Shown here one piece after another: positions 41,989 to 51,796 of a stretch of 64,000 nt of DNA; within the stretch, counting starts at the first letter, position 1, and every line of letters begins with the position of its first letter. The notes beneath the pieces are model-generated. The model was not told the origin of the DNA. It made no database searches and was given only the letters and a program-made list of their open reading frames with translations. This stretch comes from Acinetobacter pittii. Lineage in GTDB: Bacteria > Bacteroidota > Bacteroidia > Chitinophagales > Chitinophagaceae. Made by a program: the position numbers and the translations under genes. The stretch covers positions 1,150-65,149 of the forward strand of contig JBQGCI010000429.1 in NCBI GenBank assembly GCA_052038405.1. Direction: 5' to 3'.

Positions 41989-43140
41989 TTATGCCACAAA
42001 GAACTGGCGCGTTGAATGCGAGATATTGCGGATATAGGTGATATTGGTTTTCTGTTGGCCGAGGGCCGACAAAACTTCGTCAAATTTTATAGAGGCGTCG
42101 AAGTGCACAATGTATACACCGCCGTTATAAGCAATTTTCTGGGGGGCAAGGGCCCTGAAAGCAAGGCTTAGCTGCTCGCGGCTGGCAGTGGTCTCAATTT
42201 CCGTAATCAGGTGATTACCCTGTTGCCGGGTCAGCATATCATTGTCTGCATACTGCCCGTTTTTGATAAAAATGACTTTATCCGATACCTTTTCAACCTC
42301 GTATAATTGTTGAGAACTCAACATCAACGCAATAGGATTATTAACAGAATTGGCGATCAGCTTCAGGTCTTCCAGGATAATTTGCTGCGCGACTACATCA
42401 AGATTGGCGAGAGGTTCATCGAGCAATAGCAGTTCTGGTTTTCGCAACAGGGTACGAGCCAGCTCAAAGCGCATTTTATAGCCAGAAGAAAGCTGGTGCC
42501 ATTTCAAATGTTTGTAATTCCACAAACCCAGACGGGCAATCATCAATAGTACACGGGTTTCATTTTCCTGAGGCGGGTAGTGGTAGCTGGATACAACCAG
42601 CTTTAAATTATCTTTTAAGCTGCCATACCATTTTTTAGTACGCTGAGGAATATAAACCAGCCGGGTTCTCAACTCAAACGCATCTTTAACAGGCGTTCCA
42701 AAATCATATTGCAAGGTACCGCTGTCGGGATGCAGCTCTTTGGCCAGCAGCCTGAGCAACGTAGTTTTCCCATTCCCGTTTTCGCCTACCAGGCCATATA
42801 CCTGTCCTTTTTTTATACTTACTGATATAGGACCTAAGGAAAAGCCTCCGCTTCTATACTGTTTTCGAATATCATTTGCCACTACAACAGACCTATCGAT
42901 ATTTCGTTCATCTAAGGTTATGGTTCCTGTTTTTTGCAATAGCGCTTTTGCCTTCTGTATAAATTCACCTTGTTCCTCCGGGTGCTGCTCCTTCCAATCT
43001 GTCAAAGCTATTGCCTGTCGATATAATTCCATATCCTGGGTATCTGCCACACAATCGAGCAAGCGCCTGAATGCGGGATTGATGTCATTATTTTCCAAAA
43101 AGTGTAGCGTTTCGGCGGTCCTAAGGTCCTGTTTCCCCAT
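41989..43140 (-). CDS. ABC transporter ATP-binding protein with N-terminal extension
   Basis: GENGNGKTT, LSSGY signature and LLLDEP. Confidence 0.88.
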   Translation of the reverse strand: MGKQDLRTAETLHFLENNDINPAFRRLLDCVADTQDMELYRQAIALTDWKEQHPEEQGEFIQKAKALLQKTGTITLDERNIDRSVVVANDIRKQYRSGGFSLGPISVSIKKGQVYGLVGENGNGKTTLLRLLAKELHPDSGTLQYDFGTPVKDAFELRTRLVYIPQRTKKWYGSLKDNLKLVVSSYHYPPQENETRVLLMIARLGLWNYKHLKWHQLSSGYKMRFELARTLLRKPELLLLDEPLANLDVVAQQIILEDLKLIANSVNNPIALMLSSQQLYEVEKVSDKVIFIKNGQYADNDMLTRQQGNHLITEIETTASREQLSLAFRALAPQKIAYNGGVYIVHFDASIKFDEVLSALGQQKTNITYIRNISHSTRQFFVA

Positions 43141-43349
43141 AGCTTATCTGTTTTACCAAATATACGCCGGCTATTATTAGGTTACCGTACAAAGCCAACA
43201 TTTAACAAAAATGCCTTTACTCTCCCTGCATTTTTAGTCAGTATTTTTCTATTTAAAATACAGGATCAGGTGGAGATTGCTGCCGGATATTACCACGAAA
43301 GGCAGGTGGACCTAAACCATATATGTTTACTTTTGCTAAAAATTGATTT

Positions 43350-43781
43350 ATGCGTTTTTATAGTCTTGCGCTTATAGCCTTGTTAACCACGGCCTGTAAC
43401 AGTGGCGGTTCGGCTGATGCTGAACCTCAAAAATCTTTATCGGATAGCTTGTTGCAACAGGTTTTAGACGGACACGATGTAGCAATGCCCAAAATGATGA
43501 AGCTGCAGCGTTTGCAAAAAGATGCGCAGGCAGAAATAGACTCCCTGAAAAAGACTTCAGGCAATGCCAGCCGCATCGCATTGCTGGATAGTACTATAAA
43601 AAATTTAAGCTACGCTGATGTTGCCATGCATGAATGGATGGAGGGTTTCAGGTATGATTCTTTAAAGGATAACGAACCCGCCCGAGTAGATTACCTGAAA
43701 ATACAGTTAGCATCGGTGAATGAAATGAAAGAAGTGGTGCTTTCGAGCATTGCAAAGGCCGATTCTGTACTCGCTAAATAG
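43350..43781 (+). CDS. Conserved helical lipoprotein
   Basis: TTAC lipobox; HDVAMPKM and MHEWM motifs. Confidence 0.7.
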   Translation: MRFYSLALIALLTTACNSGGSADAEPQKSLSDSLLQQVLDGHDVAMPKMMKLQRLQKDAQAEIDSLKKTSGNASRIALLDSTIKNLSYADVAMHEWMEGFRYDSLKDNEPARVDYLKIQLASVNEMKEVVLSSIAKADSVLAK

Positions 43782-43786
43782 TATAA

Positions 43787-43819
43787 ATGTAAAGAGCCCG
43801 GTAACCGGGCTCTTTACAT
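43787..43819. terminator. Perfect palindrome between convergent genes (probable bidirectional terminator)
   Basis: atgtaaagagcccggt-a-accgggctctttacat. Confidence 0.8.
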
Positions 43820-43834
43820 AATATGAACAAGGGA

Positions 43835-44419
43835 TCATGCTTCCTTATTGTACTCGTCTATAGCGGTCCTAAGGTTTGCAAAAATATCATCCACCGAACC
43901 CTCACCGGGAATGGCTTTAAACTTACCGCCCTCTTTATAATGCTGTGCTACCGGCTCTGTTTCGTTGGTATATACCTGGAATCTTTTGCGGATCACTTCT
44001 TCGCTCGTATCGTCGGAACGGCCAGAGGTTTTACCGCGCTCCAGTAATCTTCTTACCAACTCTTCTTCATTTACCTGCAAAGCCAGCACCAGGTTAATCT
44101 GGTTCTTTTTCAGTTCCAGTAATTTGTCCAGCGCTTTGGCCTGGGTAATGGTTCTGGGAAAACCATCAAACAAAAAGCCATTGGCGCCTGCATTTTTTTC
44201 CAGGCAGTTATCGATAATGCCGATTACCACTTCATCGGGTACCAGCTGTCCGGCATCCATTATTTTTTTTGCTTCAACACCCAACGGTGTTTTATTAGCG
44301 ATCTCGCTTCTTAATAAATCTCCTGTAGAAAGATGAACCAGTTTATATTTTTCTATAAGATTGGTAGCTTGAGTACCCTTGCCGCTACCGGGAGGGCCAA
44401 ATAAAACTAAATTAAACAT
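43835..44419 (-). CDS. adk: Adenylate kinase
   Basis: GPPGSGKGTQ, STGDLLR, DGFPRT and GRSDD motifs. Confidence 0.96.
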   Translation of the reverse strand: MFNLVLFGPPGSGKGTQATNLIEKYKLVHLSTGDLLRSEIANKTPLGVEAKKIMDAGQLVPDEVVIGIIDNCLEKNAGANGFLFDGFPRTITQAKALDKLLELKKNQINLVLALQVNEEELVRRLLERGKTSGRSDDTSEEVIRKRFQVYTNETEPVAQHYKEGGKFKAIPGEGSVDDIFANLRTAIDEYNKEA

Positions 44420-44569
44420 TTATGTATTTGTTTTGATGTAACTCAACAAATATACTTATTAAAACTAATTTACGGGTATGGCTGTCGCATTTGTTGAAAA
44501 ATGTGAAAATTGTGTTTCACTAAATCCTCAACAACTTTTTTTCCGTATTATTTGTTTAAATTACCAGGT

Positions 44570-45136
44570 ATGAAGTATTTTTTACTGATATTAGTAAGCA
44601 TTTGCTGTGTATTTCAACAATGCCAGTCGCAAACAAAATCATCCAACCCTAAAGACACAATAAAAATGAATAAAGAAAATAATCCTGTTTACTCGCGCAC
44701 CGACACCTCACCGGTAAAGATCAGTAATGAAGAATGGCAAAAAGTATTGCCGGAAGATGTTTATTATATTGCCCGCCAAAAGGGAACCGAAAGGCCCTGG
44801 ACCAGCAAATATGAAAACTTTAAGGAAGTAGGCACTTATTATTGCGCTGCCTGCGGAAACCCGTTGTTTAAGAGTGATACCAAATTTGAAAGTGGTTGCG
44901 GCTGGCCCAGCTTTTACGAGCCCATCAGTAAAACCAGCATTATTTACAAAGAAGATAAAAGTCATGGTATGGTACGTACCGAGGTAGAATGCGGTCGTTG
45001 CGAAGCACACCTGGGGCATGTTTTTGATGACGGTCCCCCTCCTACAGGGTTACGTTATTGCATCAATGGTGTCATACTCGACTTTGAAAAAGCCCAAAAA
45101 GCAGAGAAGCAGTACAACGACGAAAATAAAAAATAG
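44570..45136 (+). CDS. msrB: Peptide-methionine (R)-S-oxide reductase
   Basis: GTERP, SGCGWPSF, HLGHVFDDGP and RYCIN motifs; export signal. Confidence 0.95.
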   Translation: MKYFLLILVSICCVFQQCQSQTKSSNPKDTIKMNKENNPVYSRTDTSPVKISNEEWQKVLPEDVYYIARQKGTERPWTSKYENFKEVGTYYCAACGNPLFKSDTKFESGCGWPSFYEPISKTSIIYKEDKSHGMVRTEVECGRCEAHLGHVFDDGPPPTGLRYCINGVILDFEKAQKAEKQYNDENKK

Positions 45137-45144
45137 TTTAAAAT

Positions 45145-45187
45145 GATAAAAACAAATGCCCGGAGATTCCGGGCATTTGTTTTTTAT
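45145..45187. terminator. Bidirectional terminator
   Basis: aaaaacaaatgcccgga-gat-tccgggcatttgttttt between convergent genes. Confidence 0.85.
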
Positions 45188-45196
45188 AGCTGTTTT

Positions 45197-46177
45197 TTAA
45201 AACTCAATATCATCGGCCACATTGCCGCCTTGTTCCTTCGCAAACTTATCCGCATATTCTTTTCTCTTCTGCTCCTGGTAGTCCATATAATGTGTCAGCT
45301 TTGCTGAGTCAAAATTCTGGTTCTGCGCCGTCATCCAATCCATAGCTACCGCCTGGAAATCGCCCAGGCTAATACCATAATTATCCACAATCCATTGTGC
45401 TCCGTCTAACCCGTATTCATACGCGGCTGTTCTTGCTCCGCAAAGCTCTTCGTAGAAATAGCGGTCTGTTTTCAGCTTATCTAAATTACTGTTTTCTGAG
45501 CCCAGCCCTATATTAGGTGTGAGGCCCGTAAGTTTTGGGTGCTGAGGGGCCGCAGCAAAATATTCTCCATACTTGGCCATAATGCCATAGGTAGGGTCTT
45601 CTTTCATCCGTTCGGGCCACAGCACATTTACTTCGCCCCAAACAGCACTGTCGATACCAAAAGCTTTCAACAATTCTGCTTCAGCAATACCCTGCGTCAT
45701 GCCATGTGCAATAGCAGCATAATCATACAAAGAAATACCATGAATGGGCTCGTACAAAGCATTGCCCTCTTCTTTCACCTGATCAAACCCGGAGGTAGCA
45801 AAGCCCGACAATTCCAGCGAGTTGGCCATTTCAAACTTCGCCAACTGATCATAATCGTGACCATTCCAATCCATATACACTTTCCTGTAAGCTTCTCTTT
45901 TTAAATTGTTTTGATCCTGTTGGCTCAATGGCTCCTCCTCTTTTTCAAGATATTGCCGGTACAGGTTGTGGGCAGCTGCTTCAAAATCCTGCCGGTCATA
46001 ATGAGTTCCGTGTTGGGTTATGGGGTCGAACTGATATGGCTCTTCTTCCTCCTCATCTTCATCTGTTTTTTCATCTGCATACCGGTTCAGCGGTGTGCCG
46101 GCACTGTAGGGCACCGACTCTTTTTTTTTACTTTCTTCTTCATTACCTAACAAATTGTTCAAAAATTTTTTAAACAT
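45197..46177 (-). CDS. Acidic hypothetical protein (DUF6620-like, two related helical repeats)
   Basis: PIHGISLYDYA...W..V...W..RM and YGISLGDF...W segments. Confidence 0.6.
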   Translation of the reverse strand: MFKKFLNNLLGNEEESKKKESVPYSAGTPLNRYADEKTDEDEEEEEPYQFDPITQHGTHYDRQDFEAAAHNLYRQYLEKEEEPLSQQDQNNLKREAYRKVYMDWNGHDYDQLAKFEMANSLELSGFATSGFDQVKEEGNALYEPIHGISLYDYAAIAHGMTQGIAEAELLKAFGIDSAVWGEVNVLWPERMKEDPTYGIMAKYGEYFAAAPQHPKLTGLTPNIGLGSENSNLDKLKTDRYFYEELCGARTAAYEYGLDGAQWIVDNYGISLGDFQAVAMDWMTAQNQNFDSAKLTHYMDYQEQKRKEYADKFAKEQGGNVADDIEF

Positions 46178-46207
46178 AGGATCTGGTTTTATTTGATTAA
46201 AATGTAT

Positions 46208-47029
46208 TTACACCACGGTTTTATTAAAATCGCTTAATAACCTTTGATAAAATTTTTCATTGGAGCCGGTCATGTCCGGAACAATACTATTCCATTCATC
46301 AAACATGGCACGCAGGTAATTACGATAAAGCCCGGGCTGAGGGTTGACATGATAAATTTCCAGCAAATGCGCCGTTCTCTCTTCTGCCAAACTACGGGCC
46401 AGGTGCGGCAAACTTTGCGTTAAAGAACCAGGGTGAAAAGTGTTTTGTGTACTACATGCAGGGCATTGCAGGTAAGTGGGGGTGAAGTATATCTTGCTGA
46501 TGTTGATGCCGGCACCGCACTGCTGGCATTTAAACCTGTCTTTTACCTGCTCGTACTCCTCCAATATGCGCCTGTAAGCTGCTTCGTTATCTGGCTTAAC
46601 CGCTTCGTCCAGCTGTTGTCTCCATTTATCGCGAACCGCCTCAAACTGGTTCTGTCTATCCATGCAGGCCTCCCTGAATTCATAGGCCATCGCTCCGGGT
46701 AATCCCGCATCATTCAGTTGATTTAATAACTGGTTATAAAAAGGGTATACCTGTTTTTCATACACCTCTCTCAGCTTGCTTTCCATTTGAGACAACTGCC
46801 CTATAATGCCGCTCTGTACCTGGTACAGGTCGCGATCAAAAAGATCTCCCGATTCTTCCCGCATGGCTTTCAACTCGGTTACACTGGCGGAGCACAGCTC
46901 TTCCATCCGGTCTTCCAGCTTCTGAAGAAAGGAGTGCCAGCGTTCCTGCATTTGGGTGGTTTGATCCACCCATTCCCGGGGTATCGCAGTTCCGTTTCCA
47001 CCCTCTTTCTTTCCAAAAAAATTCAGCAT
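46208..47029 (-). CDS. Hypothetical helical protein with zinc ribbon
   Basis: CQQCGA...CPACSTQNTF. Confidence 0.65.
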   Translation of the reverse strand: MLNFFGKKEGGNGTAIPREWVDQTTQMQERWHSFLQKLEDRMEELCSASVTELKAMREESGDLFDRDLYQVQSGIIGQLSQMESKLREVYEKQVYPFYNQLLNQLNDAGLPGAMAYEFREACMDRQNQFEAVRDKWRQQLDEAVKPDNEAAYRRILEEYEQVKDRFKCQQCGAGINISKIYFTPTYLQCPACSTQNTFHPGSLTQSLPHLARSLAEERTAHLLEIYHVNPQPGLYRNYLRAMFDEWNSIVPDMTGSNEKFYQRLLSDFNKTVV

Positions 47030-47080
47030 AGAATTGCCTGTTATCTTAAATTAATGCTTTAATATGTCTGTTCACTCTCT

Positions 47081-47332
47081 TTATAAGTTCTCTCTCGAAT
47101 TATCTTCTTTTTTGATGTGGAGCCCATCAGTAAGTTTTACCTGTATAAACGCATAGCCGCAGTAAGCGCAGTGTGTTAAGCCGTCTTCTTTGGACCTGCC
47201 GGCGCCACAATTCGGGCAGGTATTCGCACCCATATTAGCTTCTTGCTCTTGTAATACTCCACCATATTTTTCCTGTGCCTGCGCTCTTGCTTTTAGCTTT
47301 TCTAAAAAAGACATTCCTTTTTTCTCTTCCAT
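47081..47332 (-). CDS. Small zinc-ribbon protein
   Basis: CPNCGA...CAYCG; 1-bp overlap with the SPFH gene. Confidence 0.7.
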   Translation of the reverse strand: MEEKKGMSFLEKLKARAQAQEKYGGVLQEQEANMGANTCPNCGAGRSKEDGLTHCAYCGYAFIQVKLTDGLHIKKEDNSRENL

Positions 47333-48291
47333 TATAACTGGCTTATTAATGCTGCTTTTTTATTTTTATACTCCTGCTCGTCAATCAACCCATTATCAAA
47401 CAATGTTTTTAGCTTCTGCAATTTCGAGGTAAGATCATCTGCCGGGACAGCCGGGTTGGGTTGATGATTATGGGCTTGCTGCACCTGGTTCATCATAGCG
47501 CCCATGGCCAGCGCCATTTGCGTAGCATCGTTCAACGCGGTTCCCTGCTGTCCTATAGCGTTGGCCGTATTAAATCGGGTAAACTTGTCCATATCTGTTA
47601 CCATATTCATATGGGTAACCTTATCATAAAAAGCGGTTACTTCGTCGGGCAGCGTAACAGAGGTGACAATGAATTGAGTTAACTCCAAACCAAATTGCTC
47701 GAAATAGGGCCTTAGCAGTGGCTCCATCTTTTTGCTCAGCTCCGATATATTACCGGCTACATCGGTGATGGTAATATTTTCGTTGGATAATACTTCACCA
47801 AACCTGGGAGCGATATAATCCCTGAGCTCATGCTGCAATTCAAAAATGGTAAACTGTTGAAACGACCCCGCGTACTTACGAAAGAAAGTAGCTACATCAT
47901 GAATACGTATATCAAAGCTTCCGAATGCCCGCACCCGCACCTGTCCGAACTTTGGATCGCTCATTAAAATAGGTGCCGGCGTTCCCCATTTATTATTCAC
48001 AAAATGCCTGGTGTTGAAGAAATAGATATCGGCTTTAAACGGACTTTCAAATCCATATTTCCATCCTTTCAGTCTTGACAGTACAGGAATATTTTCGGTG
48101 CTGAGTTTATAACGACCAGCCGTAAATACATCCGCCAGTTGGCCTTCATTCAAAAATAGGGCAGCCTGGCTTTCTCTAACCGTAAGTTGCGCGCCATTTT
48201 TAATTTCTTTATCGGCATCGGCAAATTTCCACATCAGTAAATTCGGATCCGGAGTAAGTTCTTCTATGATCTCAATAAACGGTAAACCCAT
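47332..48291 (-). CDS. SPFH (band 7, YdjI-like) protein with C-terminal SHOCT
   Basis: LTVRESQAA, TENIPVLS.LKGWKYGFESPFKA, KWGT and VRAFG; LQKLKTLFDNGLIDEQEY..KK. Confidence 0.88.
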   Translation of the reverse strand: MGLPFIEIIEELTPDPNLLMWKFADADKEIKNGAQLTVRESQAALFLNEGQLADVFTAGRYKLSTENIPVLSRLKGWKYGFESPFKADIYFFNTRHFVNNKWGTPAPILMSDPKFGQVRVRAFGSFDIRIHDVATFFRKYAGSFQQFTIFELQHELRDYIAPRFGEVLSNENITITDVAGNISELSKKMEPLLRPYFEQFGLELTQFIVTSVTLPDEVTAFYDKVTHMNMVTDMDKFTRFNTANAIGQQGTALNDATQMALAMGAMMNQVQQAHNHQPNPAVPADDLTSKLQKLKTLFDNGLIDEQEYKNKKAALISQL

Positions 48292-48650
48292 CGCTATATG
48301 TTTTAAAAAGGATAGACCTGCGATGCCAGTAAGTTCACAGGTTTAGTTTCAATAAAATAGGGTATGAAAATACAATGTTTTAATAACGCATACACCTATT
48401 TCACTTTTTGTTGACAAAAATTTTACATCGGCCCTGTTCCGTGTTTTAAACAATAGGTGCGTCGCCTTTTCTTACAATAAGGTACATCGCGTTATGTTGG
48501 TTTTCCGTCAGAGACGAACAAAACCAGGTCAGGTTCGCATTCAAACATTCATCTTCTGTTATTTTGCCCTGCAATATTAATAATTGTTTTTTTTACATTT
48601 TTTCTTGCTAACTTTCCTTCTCAAAAATTATTGAATTAAACAGATTGCCC

Positions 48651-49976
48651 ATGTCATCCAGAAGAAAGTTTCTTGCCAATAGTTCAATGCTGGCCCTCGG
48701 CGGGTTGGCGCTACAGTCTTTCAATACTCAAAATTTTTCCGGCATCATCACCAGTGCTGCAGATCAGATCAATATTGGGGTGATTGGTATTAAAGGAATG
48801 GGTTGGGCTAATACTATGTCCATCATGAAAATAGCCGGTGTTAACCTGGTGGCACTTTGTGATGTTGACCAGTCGGTGCTAGACGATCGCCTGAAAGAAC
48901 TAAAGGGAAAAAACATTGACACCGGTAAAATAAAAACCTACAAAGATTACCGCGGCTTGCTGGATAATAAAGATGTGGACGCCGTTATTATCGGTACGCC
49001 GGATCACTGGCATGCCCTGATCATGATCGATGCTGTACGGGCCGGAAAGGATGTATATGTAGAAAAGCCAGTGGGCAATTCTATAGAAGAGTGTCGCGCG
49101 ATGGTTGCCGCACAAGAAAAATATAATAAAGTAGTGCAGGCGGGGCAGTGGCAACGCAGCCAGCAACATTTTAGAGATGCCATTGCTTTGGTACATAGCG
49201 GACAGTTGGGTAATATCAGAACCGTTAAAGTAAATTGCTACCAGGGCTGGATGAAACCCGCACCGGTAGTGGCCGACAGCGCACCACCTCCCGGTGTAGA
49301 TTATAAAATGTGGCTAGGCCCGGCTAAAACAAGGCCTTTTAACAGCAGCCGTTTTCATTTTAACTTCCGCTGGTTCTGGGATTATGCCGGCGGATTGATG
49401 ACAGACTGGGGGGTGCACCTGATGGATTATGCTATTTTTGGCATGAACGCACCAGTGCCTAAAACGGTTTCGGCATTAGGTGGCCGGTTTGCTTATCCCG
49501 ATCTGTACCAGGAAACACCGGATACATTGACCGCACTCTACGAGTTTGATGGCTTTAATATTGTATGGGACCATGCTATGGGTATTGATAATGGCAACTA
49601 TGGTAAAGATCACAGTATTGCCTTTATAGGTAACAACGGAACACTGGAGCTGGATCGTGGCGGCTGGCAGGTGATAGAAGAAAAGCGCAGTGAAAAGAAA
49701 GTTTCTGTTCCGCGTAAAACGCCTACTGATAATGGGCTCGATAAGCATATGGAAAATTTTGTGGCGGTTATCCGTTCGCGTAAAATGGCCGACCTTAATT
49801 GCTCCATACAAACCGGCGCCCATATTGCCACGGTTTGCCAGATGGGTAATATTGCCTTCAGAAGCCAGGAAAAAGTAACCTGGAATAAAGCAGCAGGTAA
49901 ATTCACCAACGAAAAGCTGAACAAGGAATATATGATGGCCGCTTACCATAATGGGTATAAGCTGCCGAAGGTGTAG
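48651..49976 (+). CDS. Gfo/Idh/MocA-family oxidoreductase, Tat-exported
   Basis: SRRKFL, TPDHWH, DVYVEKP and DWGVH motifs. Confidence 0.92.
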   Translation: MSSRRKFLANSSMLALGGLALQSFNTQNFSGIITSAADQINIGVIGIKGMGWANTMSIMKIAGVNLVALCDVDQSVLDDRLKELKGKNIDTGKIKTYKDYRGLLDNKDVDAVIIGTPDHWHALIMIDAVRAGKDVYVEKPVGNSIEECRAMVAAQEKYNKVVQAGQWQRSQQHFRDAIALVHSGQLGNIRTVKVNCYQGWMKPAPVVADSAPPPGVDYKMWLGPAKTRPFNSSRFHFNFRWFWDYAGGLMTDWGVHLMDYAIFGMNAPVPKTVSALGGRFAYPDLYQETPDTLTALYEFDGFNIVWDHAMGIDNGNYGKDHSIAFIGNNGTLELDRGGWQVIEEKRSEKKVSVPRKTPTDNGLDKHMENFVAVIRSRKMADLNCSIQTGAHIATVCQMGNIAFRSQEKVTWNKAAGKFTNEKLNKEYMMAAYHNGYKLPKV

Positions 49977-50002
49977 GTTAGCATTCTAAGATATTCAACA
50001 AT

Positions 50003-50037
50003 GCCGTCTTCAATAGTATTGGAGGCGGTTTTTATTT
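50003..50037 (+). terminator. Rho-independent terminator
   Basis: gccgtcttcaata-g-tattggaggcgg followed by ttttt. Confidence 0.75.
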
Positions 50038-50055
50038 CGTACCATGCTTCTTTGT

Positions 50056-50222
50056 TCGTCATTTCGAGCGCAGCGGAGCAGAGGGAAAAATCTTGTTTCT
50101 TTCAGCAGATTCCTCGCCAGCTTCGCAGGTGTCGGGATGACGATAAAGAAAAGCCTTGATTTCCACTTGTTAATTTGCCTGTCATTTCGATGAGGCCCGC
50201 GAAGCAGGACGAAGAGAAATCT
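50056..50222. repeat. REP-like palindromic elements (one complete, one half copy)
   Basis: tcgtcatttcga (50056) pairs with tcgggatgacga (50132-50143), with internal aaatct/agatt. Second copy tgtcatttcga...gagaaatct at 50180-50222. Confidence 0.7.
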
Positions 50223-50263
50223 CTATGAAGAGCTATTTATTTTTTTAAGAAAGCGTCGGTAAC

Positions 50264-51115
50264 TTACACCAAAGCGCTCTCCTTTTTTCTTCCCGCTAAT
50301 GCCCGGCCTGCCTCACTTACTATACTCAATAACACTTCTACTTTGCGGGTTAAGGTTTGCAGCTCTCCATCTGTTACTTTATAGTCGGCTGTATAACGCG
50401 CGCTGATGTAGGCTTTCTGCAACAGGTGCAACAAGCATTTGCTCGCTTCGGTATGATGCGGAAATAAGCCGGCCAATTGGGGCGACACGAGGCAACACAA
50501 TTGTAGTAACCGCTCAACATTGTGCGTATGGGTATAATAGCCAGTTCCGGCTTTTAGCAGCGCCTGCAAAGCCTGCTCGGCGCATTGGTGCAGCATAAAG
50601 GCCGCCATCTTATATTGTTGCCGCAGGCGGTACAGTTCTGCACCAGCCAAAAATTCCCGTGCTTTTGATAAGCCTTCTTTAATGATCTCTTTGCTATTAA
50701 CAGGAGCTACCAATTCTGGTACTATTTCTATTTGCATGTTATCTGTATCATACAGCACCGGCGCTTGCCGCCATACCTGCAGGGCAAAAGGATGACCGGA
50801 CCGCAACCACGCGGTAAAGCCGGCAGTGCAGAGCACCAGCGTAGTAACCGGCAATAGGGCGCCGCAATGCTGTTCCAGCTGGTCCTGCCACTGGTACGGC
50901 TCTTTATTCGCAAGATCGGGTAACAGCACCAGCAAAGTGCAATGGGCTAAGCGCTCTTGACTGACCGCCCCTTCGTGGAAAATGCTTTCGTATTGCTCCT
51001 GTTGCAGCGTGTGGCCCAGCAACCAGATTCTGTCCGGACTGGCCAGTTGTACAATGATGCCCGTTAGCTGCTGTATCTGTTCCGATGTTTCGGGACTGAA
51101 GTAAACCGGCTTCAT
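50264..51115 (-). CDS. Degenerate nucleotidyltransferase-like + HEPN fusion protein
   Basis: SPDRIWLLG at the N-terminus. AAFMLHQCAEQ, THNVERL and AYISARY HEPN motifs. Confidence 0.82.
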   Translation of the reverse strand: MKPVYFSPETSEQIQQLTGIIVQLASPDRIWLLGHTLQQEQYESIFHEGAVSQERLAHCTLLVLLPDLANKEPYQWQDQLEQHCGALLPVTTLVLCTAGFTAWLRSGHPFALQVWRQAPVLYDTDNMQIEIVPELVAPVNSKEIIKEGLSKAREFLAGAELYRLRQQYKMAAFMLHQCAEQALQALLKAGTGYYTHTHNVERLLQLCCLVSPQLAGLFPHHTEASKCLLHLLQKAYISARYTADYKVTDGELQTLTRKVEVLLSIVSEAGRALAGRKKESALV

Positions 51116-51561
51116 AGCTCTTTCATATTTGGAGATTTACGCCTGGGTTGTCGCCACCATTTTTTAAAAGAGTAGTGATAATGCCGATCGCGCCATTGCG
51201 TATAGCGCTTTACTATTTTAAGGTTGCCCTTATCGGGAAACAGTTGGCCCACGGCATCCATTTCTTTAAACAGGCTGCGAATGTCGGCGGCGGTATAATG
51301 CTGCTGCCCGTAGCCATGTGCAATAAAATATTCTACCAGCTGTGCTTTGGCAGCATCGCGGCCCTCGCGGTTCCAGCTGCTATGGGCCAGGTTGTCCATA
51401 AAATCGGTAAGCAGGATTTTGGGTGTGATACCCATTAGCTTGCAGAGCAGCAAAAAGGGATAGGGCAATATAAAGGAGAACTGCGCCTGCCGGGCATAAG
51501 CGCCAGTTTGCCATTTAAGCTCCGGCTTTTGTTGTTTTTGTTTGCGGTGGTTGGTTGCCAT
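51112..51561 (-). CDS. Hypothetical protein coupled to the HEPN gene
   Basis: 149 aa; 4-bp ATGA overlap with the HEPN gene. Confidence 0.7.
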   Translation of the reverse strand: MATNHRKQKQQKPELKWQTGAYARQAQFSFILPYPFLLLCKLMGITPKILLTDFMDNLAHSSWNREGRDAAKAQLVEYFIAHGYGQQHYTAADIRSLFKEMDAVGQLFPDKGNLKIVKRYTQWRDRHYHYSFKKWWRQPRRKSPNMKEL

Positions 51562-51619
51562 AGTGTAGCATTTTAGGGTGATGAATGTGCGAACAGACCA
51601 ACCGGCAGTGCATAAAAAA

Positions 51620-51750
51620 GACGTGGGTTAGTCCTTATGTTCTCCGAGGGCTGCGACACCCTGATCACGAATAAGAACGCCCACGCCATGACATGAACGA
51701 TTTACCTTATTTTCTCGTGATCTTTGAAGGTCGCAGTTTCGGAGATCGAG
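51620..51750 (-). ncRNA. Long structured leader / putative cis-regulatory RNA
   Basis: Nested pairings tctccga/tcggaga, ctgcgac/gtcgcag, gatcacga/tcgtgatc and ataag/cttat, plus cgtggg/cccacg. Confidence 0.6.
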
Positions 51751-51788
51751 AATAAAAGCAAACACGATTAAAATTTCTTATGTGCCTG

Positions 51789-51796
51789 CAAAGCTA
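51789..51796 (-). promoter_or_regulatory. Bacteroidota -7 promoter box for the leader/HEPN operon
   Basis: Minus strand reads TAGCTTTG, matching TAnnTTTG. Confidence 0.55.
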
